Assembly: GCA_046563655.1 (NCBI GenBank) | Contig: CM102286.1 | Coordinates: forward strand, 12,214,001 to 12,278,000 | From: Yuukianura sp. NJ FZ-2021 | Lineage: Eukaryota | Reading direction: 5' to 3' | Length of the DNA stretch: 64,000 bases | In this document: positions 52,511 through 64,000 of the stretch, piece after piece | Numbering within the stretch: position 1 is the first letter of the stretch | Layout of the letters: each line of letters begins with the position of its first letter | The notes under the pieces: model-generated | Told to the model about the DNA's origin: nothing | Database searches by the model: none | The model's input: the letters and a program-made list of their open reading frames with translations, nothing else | Program-made: the position numbers and the translations under genes

Positions 52511-55500
52511 TCAGAAACCTCCGATGACATCATAAGCTTCAAGGCTGGACAAGACAACATAGAAAATCCAAAGGAAAGCGAAGAGAATTGCAGTGGGGTA
52601 TTTGTATTTTGCCGGTCCTCCCAACTCTCCACCCCCAAACACTCTGAAGCGTCTGATCATCATCACCGTGATGCCAAGCACGGCACATGCGCAGAACACA
52701 GATACCGAAAATGCAAGGCTAACAAACACAAACATGATTAGTACTTAAGACTCTTCAAAAACGTTTTAGAAAACTAGTAATTTATGAGTGTCACCTTCCG
52801 GGATCAACTTTGAATACATCGCAGTCTGGAATTTCAGCGGTGCATGTTTTAAATGCCTTCACAATTGCCGCCAATGTCCAAGCAATTCCAATTCCCAGAA
52901 AAACGTTGACAGCATTACTGCCAGTAACATTCCCAACGGATGCATCGGCATACGGATCCTGAACTGCTGCCACTTTACTTGCAAAAGTATCTAAAAAATT
53001 AAGCTTCGGTTTTCGATCAATTTTTCGTGTACTAATCGGTTAAATGGGTAAAATAAAATTTTGAAAATTTGAACCAACTTACCAGGGACGCTTGTTCCTA
53101 AAGCTACAAAAACGATTGCAGTAACAGAGTCGTGGAGACCAACTGTACATCCAAGGTGGGATGCAATATCTATAGAAATTAATTAATATTTTTAATAATT
53201 TGTTATAATTTATAGTAATTAGAAAGTGCAATTTAGGTTTTAACTTGAGTGTTAATGGTTTACCTCCAATGAAAGCCGTTAGAACGCCAATGACGACAAT
53301 GGACACTACAAAGGTCAAGTAGCCATCCCAAATGCCTGCAACATTAAAAAGTTTATTGAAATTAATATTTTGAATTTCTAACTAATTTTTTGAATATTTT
53401 TCTAAATTCAAACATTACTTGTTGGAGGAACAAAAGCGAACAGAACCTTCCAGAACACAGTTAAGATATGAATTACGTAATCTCCAATCGTGGGGGGTTT
53501 CCGCTCGCCGCCTTCCTCTTCTTCGTCTCCTGTTACAACAGAATTTCAAAATTTCAGAATTTTTAATTTTTTATTCAACATTTTTTCAAAAAAAAAAAAA
53601 AGAAAAACTCGTGTGACCTGTGTCCAGTGTAACGGCGTCAATGAACTGTTCTTTCCACGAGTTAGTTCCAACTGCGGCCGTAGTGATGTTTTTTTGAAGA
53701 AGGTGGTCAACAGCGCTCTAAAAATTAAAACAAAAAAAAGTTTTTAGAAAATTTTAAGTTCTTGTTTTCAAAAAAAAAGAACTTGCCTTGAACGCTGGGC
53801 TTTCTTTGATTCGAATTGCAGCTCGTGTTTTAGCTCCTAGTTTTGGCCAACCTTGGGACGCAATTTGATCTTCTTTGGTCCTGATATGTGTAGGCAGTTG
53901 CATAGGAGTTTCATTTTCTAAAAAAAAATTGAAAAAAATCTTGAAAACGAAAAGCCAAAATTGTTGAAATTTCGACAACAATTTTCAAAATGTCAATTGT
54001 TTGTGGCGTACCGTTCAATGGAATCGGTTCCAAAATCTCTAAGTAAAAGTCAACATCTTTCTCGTACGTATTTCGTTCAAGTATTTGAATGGAAATTGCT
54101 TTCCTAAAATTTGAAATAAAACCAATAAAAAAATATCATTTCAATTCAATATTTCAATTCTCGTGGGAAAAAATTTGCCTTTCAAAATTGAAAACTTACT
54201 CAACTTCATTGTCTTCAAATTTGACTTTTCCTTCAACATGTTCGTAGTCCGAACCCTCTTTTGCCGTACCTTTTATCGTCCGATACGGAATCAAAACTTT
54301 ACCGCGTGCACCGCTAGCACGTCCAACTTTAACTTCCAGAATACCAACGGATTCGGTTGTTTCGATTTCCGTTTCCGGGAGATAAAACATTCCCATGAAA
54401 TCGTCATCAACAATCGTCACAGTCGCAGATGAAGCCGTTCCAAGTTCAACTTTTTGCGTCTGCGCTGATGCATCAATGCTCGAACCATTTCTGTCACTCG
54501 CTAGTCTTGGATTGCTCAACCTGATGAAAAAATGTTCATCTTCTTCAAAAACATCATCATCCAACACTTCCATTATAATTTCCTTGACATTTTCATGTGG
54601 ACCGAATGTCAATGTCCCACTATGTGGAATGTAGTCGTTATTTGCCGAAGCAGTTCCATCTGCCGTAGCATAGTCAACTAAAACCGTTTCTTTTGAGTTC
54701 CCGCCTTGCCGAATCACCGTTACCGCAAAAGCACCAACATTTTCCATGACGGTGTAGAGATCTGGACTAAATGAGATGGAAATCGTTTGATCCGATAGAC
54801 TCTTGGCATCTTCATGGGGAGATACCAAGGTGTATGGACTTTCCTGTTGTAGTGCTTTATGTAACTTCTTGTTCAAATTTTGACTGTTGACGAGTTTCCG
54901 GGTTGCTTGGATACGATAAAAGGCTCTGCTCTTTGGGGCTCTGTTGAAAATCTCCTCTCGGGCAAGAACTTCCAGTGACTCCAGATCCATATTGGGATGT
55001 TTGTCTTGTAATTCCCAGAGGAGTGCAGCATATTGCTTTCGATTTTGCTCAAATTGTTTAATATCAGCGTCTTCTATGTCACTTAGAACGTCAGTTCCTT
55101 CAAGCGGCATTCCAAGTTCAGTATTGGCTTCAGTTTCAACAATGACGCCACGTTTGTTGAGTCGATAACTTTTGGTCAGTTTGTCCAATTTGAGCAGTTT
55201 CTTGTCAGCGACGAAGGCAGTGAGGACGGTGGCAAAGAAAAACAAAAATGTGACCATTCCCTCCCACACTTCAACGATGCCTGGAAATTCAAGATACCGT
55301 TTTCCGAATAACAACAATGCCGAAAATATTTTTTCAAACATTAGCTTAATTTCTAATGATTGACACATTTTAGACTATTCTCACCTGGACTAATGACCTT
55401 GAGAATGACGAGAAGCCAAACGTAAGCAAAAAGTGACCAAGAGCAGGTCACGATAAAGACGCGGAGATGCTTGATCTTGCGCACTTCGCCGCTTGGAATT

Positions 55501-56254
55501 GCAACAATGCAAATGGCAATGATGATGAAGAAGTTAAACGCTGCAGAGCCAACAATCGTTCCTAGTAGAATTTGAAAAAAAAATAGATTTCAACTCAAAG
55601 TCTAGGTTTTGTTTTGAATTTTTGAAAACCCCCAAACCAGAATGGCATCTCCATCTTGTGGAATGACGTCACCCATTTTTCAAAATTTTGAAATTTTACT
55701 ACAAAATTTTGTTTTGGTTACACACCAGGTCCAAGCTCTCCAGCCTCAAAATCTTTCCCAACAATTTCAATAACGGAAAGCAAAATTTCCGGAGCGGAGG
55801 AGCCCAAGGCCATCAGCGTCAAATTTGCAACGGTTTCTAAAGAATTGGAAAAAAAAAGTTTGCAGTCAAACATTTTTAAGCGGAGATAAGTTAAAGGATT
55901 TGGGTCAAGAAATATATGATTTCTGTAGTCTTTCCGTTTGTCATTTTTTTAATCTCTCCAAATTTTGTTAAATTTTTTTTTCACAATTTCTTACCATTCC
56001 AAACCCGTACTGTAACAGGTTGAGAAGATTTTTTGAGTTTGATTTCTTTTTGTTTTGAAGTAATTACTTCAATTGCTCCCATAAATCTATCAGAAATCAC
56101 TGACACTCCAATAAACATGTACAGAAGAGCCACAAAATACACTGCCCCACGACCTATGACCTCCCAAGTGCTCAAGTCCTCTTGTGGTTCCCACGCTGGC
56201 AAAATCAGTCCAGGTTGGCATTCAATTCCATAAGCAGGAGTCAAAAAACTAAGG
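52511..56254 (-). CDS. Na+/Ca2+ exchanger paralog B; the 5' end is lost in the N gap
   Basis: [46 protein letters not shown], Calx-beta [22 protein letters not shown] and GELGGP. Stop at 52511. Confidence 0.94.
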
Positions 56255-56354
56255 NNNNNNNNNNNNNNNNNNNNNNNNNNNNNNNNNNNNNNNNNNNNNN
56301 NNNNNNNNNNNNNNNNNNNNNNNNNNNNNNNNNNNNNNNNNNNNNNNNNNNNNN
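56255..56354. other. Assembly gap (100 N)
   Basis: Run of exactly 100 N, typical of a scaffolding placeholder. Confidence 0.99.
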
Positions 56355-56406
56355 ACACAAGTTAATTATTCAATTAATCTCAATCACATTTGTATGTCAC
56401 TTACAG

Positions 56407-56871
56407 TCACAGGAGCCAGTTGTCCGGGAAGAACGGGACGCACTGAACAGCTACAACACGCTACCGTCATTGGGCAATCTCCGAAGTTAGTCTCAGAAAG
56501 TGACTTTAAGAATGAATTTAAACTTTGTTTTCTAAATAATGCTGTTTTAAAATTTTGAAAAAGAGTTGAGGAGCTTGGAAATATCGGTGTCACTGGCTAC
56601 TCAGCTAGGTGCTCTTGCGTACATGGCGCGTCCTGAATGTATGCAACCGCTGGAACAACTTTGTCTTGGATTCACTCATGGCAATTCTATTGATCCGGAT
56701 GTAAGTTTTACATTGTGTATTTCCTGAAATCAATTATTTGTAATTATTATAAGTTACAAAAGTTACAAGTTCTGTCACTTGTAGGACCAGGATGATTATG
56801 TGCGCATGCTCCGACGATTCCATAAGGAAGTAACCGTTAAAGAGCTCAGCCCACGCCTAATCCTTGTTTAG
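56407..56871 (+). CDS. Last three exons of the F-box/LRR gene, copy 2 (partial)
   Basis: SQEPVVREERDALNSYNTLPSLGNLR..LEISVSLATQLGAL..DQDDYVRMLRRFHKEV, matching 42214-42683. Confidence 0.78.
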
Positions 56872-58221
56872 GCAAATGTATCATTCACTTCTGCTCTTGT
56901 CAAAAATGTCAATTGCTAACTAATCTGAAAAATCAACTGAAGAATATCGTACATTTTCCATTCAAAATGGACAATCTTTATCGTAATTAAAAAGTAAAAG
57001 TATACCAAAAGTATAGTAAATGCGCCAAACTTACTATCACAAGTTGTGTTTCGAAATTATCTCAATTTAGTAATCGTGTGCAACTAATTATCGGAATTGG
57101 AATTATATGGTAGTTTAATTATTAGTAATTAAATTAACCATTTGTGACAAACCGTATTGACGAATTCCTAAAAAATAATACTATCGAACTTTGCTCGTAA
57201 AGATTCAAGGCCAAGTAAGGACAACGGATGAAGATTTTTTTAAAGAACCTTCGAAAAGTCTAAATGGTCCAACCGTCTAAATTTCGCGCTTCGATTTTCC
57301 AACAAAATCAAAAAATAAATTTTTTTTTGAAAAACTTTGTAGTCTGTGGTGATAACTACCGCTCAATGGAATATTAAAGGAACACAAAAACCGGAATCAG
57401 TACTAAATTTCTTGGACATGCGCATGTGCAAACACCGAGTTGCATAAGATGTATTCATTCCTTGCGTATTCGACAGTCGGAGTGTTGTTGGTTTCTGATT
57501 AATCTCATATTTACTCTAATTTGTATTTGGCAACCATTCTATGTTATGTCGTACGACCTCGCTCGCTCGTGCACCACAATGTCACTTGGTTCGGATTTAA
57601 TTTATCGGTCTTGTTCGGTAAATTCCAGGACGAGGGGCTGTTGCATCAAATTGACAAGACGCATGAGCACCCATAAGGAAGGGGAGAGAATACATACGGG
57701 AAGAAGTGTATACAACACATATGCTGACGCTGGGTCACTCGGTAGCTGATGATTCTTACATCATCTCGTTCCTTGTGGTTGTTTTTCGTCACACCCACTT
57801 GGATTCCATATCAAGTTTCCACTTAACTTCATATCTTAAACCCAAACCCAGACACCCAACCCAGTCAGAGCAGAGCTTTACAGAAGATCGAGACACCACA
57901 ACGAAGTCAAGTCATCTTCCATCCAGTTCCAGGTTGAATTAAGAGGATTTCTAGCAATCGACGTATACACTGAGCTGTTAAACCCATCGCAAGTTTCCTG
58001 ACACAGGGTGTGTCTCGGATTCATTTCATAGGCAGTCAATAAGTTACACTTTTAGCAAAGAAACTGAAGGAGTGAAGGTAAAGAGATTAACCATCTGTAA
58101 TTCTAATTATTTCTATTAGTTTAACTGGTGCTAAAGTTATTCGCCTAAACTTATTTTCGTTTCTTAAATGATCCGGAAGTAATTATTAACTGTTTGTTTT
58201 AACATTTTACAGTAGTCAGCA

Positions 58222-61200
58222 ATGTCTACTGCGAAGGATATTGATGACATGGAAAAGGCGAAAATTCTGGACGGCGATGGAACTGCCCCAAAAGCAGTTC
58301 CGGAAGACACCAGCGCAATTGGAGAGGACGGAGCACCAATCAGTCCGAAGGAACATCCAGGAGTCCAATTCATTTCACCAGGTCGCGATTCTGGAAATGG
58401 TGATGCAAAAGTTGACCTGGGGGGAGTCGGAGGTGCTCCACAATTTGTTGGACTTGGGAAGGAAGAACTCATGAGATACGCTAATGATCCATTTTGGGTC
58501 CGACTTCGATGGTTTCTCTTCATCTTATTCTGGCTTATCTGGGTTGGGATGCTAGCAGCCGCTATTGCGATTATCGTAATGGCTCCTAAATGCACCAGTA
58601 CCGAGAAAGTAGCGACACATTTGGCCAACAACGGACCTTACTACCAGTTTGCGTTGAATTCCATCGCTGAAGCCGACAAATTCGGAGGTTAGAGCTGAGG
58701 AAGAGGAACTTTGTGTTAGAACACTTAAAGGAAAAAAATATGCTTCGTCTAAGTTCCCAATACATGTACTGGATTCTAATAACTTTTTTTTTAATTTTTA
58801 GTACTGCAACAACATGTGAACGACATTGCTTCGCTTGGAATGAAAACGGTCATCATCTCCCAATTTCAAAAGCCAACTGATTTAACTGCTGTCGACGAAT
58901 CTTTCGGAACGGAAACTTCTCTCACGTCACTGATCAACGCTCTTAAGGAGAAAGGTAAGAAAATTGCGAAAGTATTAATTCAATCGGAGAAGATTGATCT
59001 AATTTTTTATGTCTTCGCTAGGAATCCGCGTACTCTTGCAACTTTCTGCAAACCACGTTTCCAAACAACACAAATGGTTTGGTCAACACAAAGAAAAGTA
59101 TTTCGTTTTCGAGGATATTGCCAAATCTAACAAGAGCACTTGGAAGAGCTTGTATGGCGAAAGTGCTTGGTCTCCGGTTGGAGATGGTGAAAATAATTAC
59201 TTGCACCAGTTCCGGGAAACTGACGCAGATCTCAACTACGCCAAAGGTGATGAAGTTGCAACCGAAATGAATGTAAGTTTAACCGCAGCATATTTAGTTA
59301 ATGCCTCATAAGGTTACACCGCTAACTTTATTTTTAATTTTTGAATTCCAGGGAATTCTGAAGCATTGGTTCAAATTCAACAATGGAATCTTCGGTTTCT
59401 TGCTTTCCGATGTTTCCTATCTTATCGAAGATTTGGATCATTTAGACAAGCAGGAAAGTACTATCAATCAGGGCGGCAATAAAGACGTTGTGAACAAACT
59501 TCTGGATTCATCTGCTTGGTAAGCTACATTGCATGCTTCTTTTTTGGCAGTGTCTTATTCTCGCGAGTTTAACATCAACATTAGCATTTATGTTAAATTT
59601 TTTGATGATGTGCGCATAATTAAGATACAAAGCTGAATTGGTGAGTTTTTTTGCCGATCGTTAGAAGATTCTTAAGTTCAAACATTTGCAGCTACTCGCC
59701 TTGTTGTGTTTCTCCAGTGGCTGTAAATGTAAAGTGGCTCTTTCGTAAGTATTATTATCAGTTTGTGGGAGAAGGAAGATAAAGTTTAATTACTTTCTTA
59801 GTACTACTGGAAAGATAGAGTTGCAGGCAGTGCCAGTATGATCAATATTTTTATCTTCCCGCTCCCAGCAAATGGAAGGAAGTAGCGAAGTAATTGAAAC
59901 TCAATTTTGTAAACTAATCAATCAAATTTATTAGTACTTTTATTACTTTGGTCCGAAGGACAAAGAACTTTCTAGGAGACAATGACTGCCTGATGAAATG
60001 CCAGAGTTTATTACTCTGTCTGTCCTTGCAATATTTAGTTTTTAGAATGTGTACTAAAAAGAATTTACTAAGCATTATTACTTAGCTTTTATTTCCAAGC
60101 TTCTAGGAGCTAGAAGGAATTCAATTTCAATTAATCATGAATTTTCTAAATACTGAGCTAAATTGTTGTTTTAATGTTTCAGGGAGCTGGGAACCAGGAT
60201 TACTCCATATGCTTTGCTGGATGTCGATAAATTGGGAGTGGCTGAAAGCATGAAGCAGTATACCGGAGATGCCATGATTCCAATTGTTACGGATTTGGCT
60301 ACCCATTTGAATGTTAATTTTACTGCTGAGGATTTGCAAGCTCATGTCAAAGCAGTTAAAAACAACTTTGTTATTCGTCGGGTCAGACATTTACTTTGAA
60401 TTTGTCCTTGAAATTATGCAGAATGTAGTTCTCACGTTTAACCGTTTTGTTAACGTCTTTTTGCATAGCTTGGAGGTCCACGACTGCCACGAATTAGCAA
60501 CCGATACTCCCATGAACGAGCAGATATTCTAACTGCAATTGCGTTCCTTCTCCGCGGAGAAGTTATTGTGTACTACGGAGATGAAGTTGCAACGATCAGT
60601 GAGTGACTAAATTTTAATCGACATTGAAATAAATCGTTGACATTGTTTTGAAATTAAGAGCAAGAAGGACACTCTCCAGTGGATACTGTGGATATCAGCC
60701 TGGACCCAATGATTTGGACTCCTAGTGCTTCCGAAAGTAAGCTTTGAGGAGAATGGGCATAAACATCTACAAGAGCGTACATGATTACTTAATTTTCTAT
60801 AATAGGCAAAGTCAGGAACTTCTACAAGTGTTTAGCCGGAGTTCACAGTTCAATTAACCAAACTGGGCTCGTCGACGACTCCGGAGCTTTCTACTACGTC
60901 TATAATGGGACGTTTAGTTTCAAACGGTAGGTTAATTGACTTGATGTAAACAATTTAAAGGTGTAGCTAACTTTACTTTTGTTTAAATGCGAAACAGAGA
61001 CAAGTATGTCGTTGTCACCAACTTGAACGAAGGAGATCTTACGCTGAACTTGAAGGAAAAACTGACCTTGCCAACAACGAATGGGACCCTTCGATGTGCT
61101 ACACCCAACACTGTTGTTGCCACGGATGAAACGTAAGTTAACTTTTTAAAAAAATTGTTTGTTTGTTTTTCTAATTTTCATTTTGGTAATTCACTGTCTG

Positions 61201-61287
61201 ATGGTCGACAGAGTGGACACTTCAACCTTCTTGGCTAAAGGGATGTCAGCTTACGTGATTAAGTTTGGCCCGAACTCCAATGAATAA
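58222..61287 (+). CDS. SLC3 heavy chain (CD98hc-like), copy 2
   Basis: The first coding exon translates identically to copy 1. Same exon layout, stop at 61285-61287. Confidence 0.93.
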
Positions 61288-61699
61288 GATCCTGGTGAAA
61301 ATGCTTTACAACTTATGCTGATGAGTAGAAATCACACTGATGCTGATGTGATTAGCCGGTTTTAGATTGGTTTACATTTAAGTAATTGGCCAAAAATGCT
61401 AAAGATTCTAGTAACTTAGAAGCTTTAACGAAAATGATACCGAACAAAATAATTAGGTCTTCCACTTCATGTGCTTGAAGTTCAAGAATTCATTCGATTT
61501 TCCGGTGAATAAATTCAAATTGGTTCTTGTTGCTTTAAAATTGTTTTGAGTTTGAGAATGAATTTGAACTTGAGGATTTTAACTTTAGCAATTTAATACT
61601 AAAATCCCCGCCTGGGATTTTTTAAGATTGTCCTCCAACATTATTTGTAAGTACCGAAAGTATTTTGAAGCGATTCAATTGTTGGACGTTAACATTGAT

Positions 61700-64000
61700 T
61701 TAGAATCCTTGAACTTTTCCATACGCTTCCAGACTGGACATGAGGATGTAGAAAAGCCAGAGTGCAAAGAACAGTAGAGTTGTAGAATACTTGAATCGAA
61801 CTGGACCCCCAAGCTCACCAGCTCCAAATATGCGCAATCGACGAATTAGAATGACAGCAATTGCAACAATGGCGCATGCGCAGAACAAGGTCACAGAAAA
61901 CGCCAGGCTAAAGAGGTAAATTGTAAATTCAGCGGGTAAAAAATTCAAGATTTTGTTTACTAAAACGCAAAAGTTTGTTTTTTAGGTGTCATTTTCATTT
62001 ACCTTCCAGGGTCCACTTGGAACTTCGTACAATCCGGTTCACTGCAATTACGTACAGCATAGGCGATTGGAGCAATTGTCCATGCAATTCCGAGTCCCAA
62101 GAAGACGTTGACCGCGTTACTTCCAGTGACGTTTCCAATTGAAGCATCCGCATATTCGTCTTGGACAGCAGACACTTTACTTGCAAATGTATCTAAGGGT
62201 GAACAAAATTCAATTGTTAAATTTAATCAATACAAACCAGCGTGCTACGTATGCTTGCTGGGGCTTCGCGCAAGTACCGTTCAAACGTCCTAATTTTTTA
62301 GGATAACAATTAATTTTTTCCAAAAGTAATACACTAGGAAGTTGGAATATGCCATAATGTTTTTAAAAAAAACATAACTTTAGAAGATCTTAGTTTCTCA
62401 TAAATGAGGAAGTGAAGTTTTTAGAGTTTTCCGGAACTCCGATACGCCGTTACAGAACCGGAATTACATCTCCCCTATAACTTCTCACTAGTATAGAACA
62501 GATTAATTCTTAACTTTAATGTTACCTGGAATACTGGTCCCAACAGCTACAAAAGTAATTGCGGTAATAGAGTCCTTCAAACCAACGGTACAACCAAAGT
62601 GACCTGCTATATCACCAATGATCTAAGGAAATCAATTTTTTATGTTTAAAAAAATCAAAAAATTCAGATAATTTTTTTTTTCAAATTCTAAGTTTTTTTT
62701 GGCAGTTACCGCAGTCATCACTCCGATAACCAGAATGGAAACGACGAAAGCCACGTACCCACCGCACATGTCTACAAATCATATTTTAGAACACCAATCG
62801 TTTCCGGACGTGTTCAATTGAAAAGGAATTTTACCCGCGGGGGGAACAAAAGCTGCGAGAATTTTCCAAAACAGAGTTAAGAAATGCAGGATGTATTCGC
62901 CAAATGAAGGATACGTTATTGGTTTTTCGGTTTCCTCGTCGCCATCTCCCTCGTCTCCGCCATCTTTATCGTCAGAAGCAAAAAGAACCAAGTTGAGAAC
63001 AATTTAAATCAGTTGCAATGGAGTACAAGAGCTTACCATCGTCATCTCCTCCAACTGTTAATGCTTCGATGAATTGGCCTTTCCAGGTAGATTTGCCAAC
63101 AACTAGCTTTGCATTGGCACGCTGAAGCAACTTGTCAATCGTCCCCTAGAAAACAAATTCAAACCTTAAATCGAACAATGTTGGTTGTAAGTTTTAATTT
63201 TCAATCCGACAAGAATTTGACCTTGAACTGTTTGCTTTCGGTCAGCCGAATCTGCGTTCTTGAATCTGGACCAAGTTTTGGCCAACCTTCGGCTGCAATC
63301 AGTTCAGGCTTGTTCATGTCTTCCTTCTTCTTTGCTTGCGGTTGTACCATTGGAGCGTCATTTGCTGCAAAAACGACAAATTTTAGTCAGAATACTAGAT
63401 ACTTCCAGTATATTACTCGGAATCCTTACCATCCAAAGGAACAGCTTTCGAAAGTTGGACATAAAAGAGAACATCTTTCTCGTAAGTATCTTCGTTGATT
63501 ATAGGAATCTCCAGCGATTTTCTATAAAAAAAACTTGTTTTAACAACTCTGAATGAAGACACATAACGTTTGAAATTGTTATTTTTCAGTAATTTCATGT
63601 TTACTCTGTTTCACCGTTACGGAAAATGACCTTCCCACGAACGGATTCGTAGTCCTTACCAGCCTTGGCAGTTCCGTCAACAGTGTGATAGCTAACCTGA
63701 ACTGAACCATTAGCTCCAACCCAACGCTTGACCTTGACTACCACTGTACCAACGGATTCCGTAGCCGCGATATCTTTGTCCCGAAAACTGAATACACCAC
63801 AATGGTCATCATCCAAAATTACAACAGTGGCGGACCAAGGTTGGATCAGTTGGACTTCTTCCGTTTTCCCAGCAGCGGTGTAACCTAACAGCCCAGCCAG
63901 TTTTCCAGGAGTTCGAGGCTGGCCAAATCTTGGTCGACTCAAGTGGATGTAGAAGTGTTCGTCTTCTTCAAATACGTCGTCATCAAAAATCTAATGTCAA
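61700..64000 (-). CDS. Na+/Ca2+ exchanger paralog A, copy 2 (3' half, frame intact)
   Basis: Matches 47525-50428. It has the G6 run (AFVPPA|D) and the AG acceptor at 62964-62965. Confidence 0.93.

Larger units (their letters stand above)
56355..64000 (+). repeat. Segmental repeat, copy 2 of 42162-50428 (probable alternative haplotype)
   Basis: Starts exactly at the gap edge and stays collinear to the window end. Confidence 0.97.

Noticed and set aside
60525..60535. Apparent TAA in SLC3 copy 2 (ATTCTAACT vs ATTCTCACT)
   Set aside because: The coding frame is ATT CTA ACT, a synonymous Leu change.

Overview
Gene-dense, AT-rich eukaryotic (arthropod) DNA with short introns. The F-box/LRR gene and many-intron clan-2 P450s resemble springtail-type genomes, but the taxon is inference only. 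Gene order: secreted thyroglobulin-1/WAP/antistasin multidomain protein (partial, -); two tandem clan-2 P450s (+); RING protein (+); TMEM179 (+); HRD1/synoviolin (+); POLR1C/RPAC1 (-); AP-2 sigma (+); ARHGAP11-like RhoGAP (-); gephyrin/cinnamon (-); spastin (-); an orphan gene built from two tandem copies of an unrecognised 3-exon domain (-); F-box/LRR (+); SLC3/CD98hc-like (+); and two tandem Na+/Ca2+ exchangers (-). After a 100-N gap (56255-56354) the block 42162-50428 recurs as a slightly diverged copy, most likely an uncollapsed haplotype. Comparing the copies exposes an empty site for a 585-bp CMC-type transposon and lesions in one NCX copy. Four non-autonomous TIR/foldback elements and five GC-AG introns are visible. 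All calls are by eye, exon boundaries are approximate, and no database searches were run.
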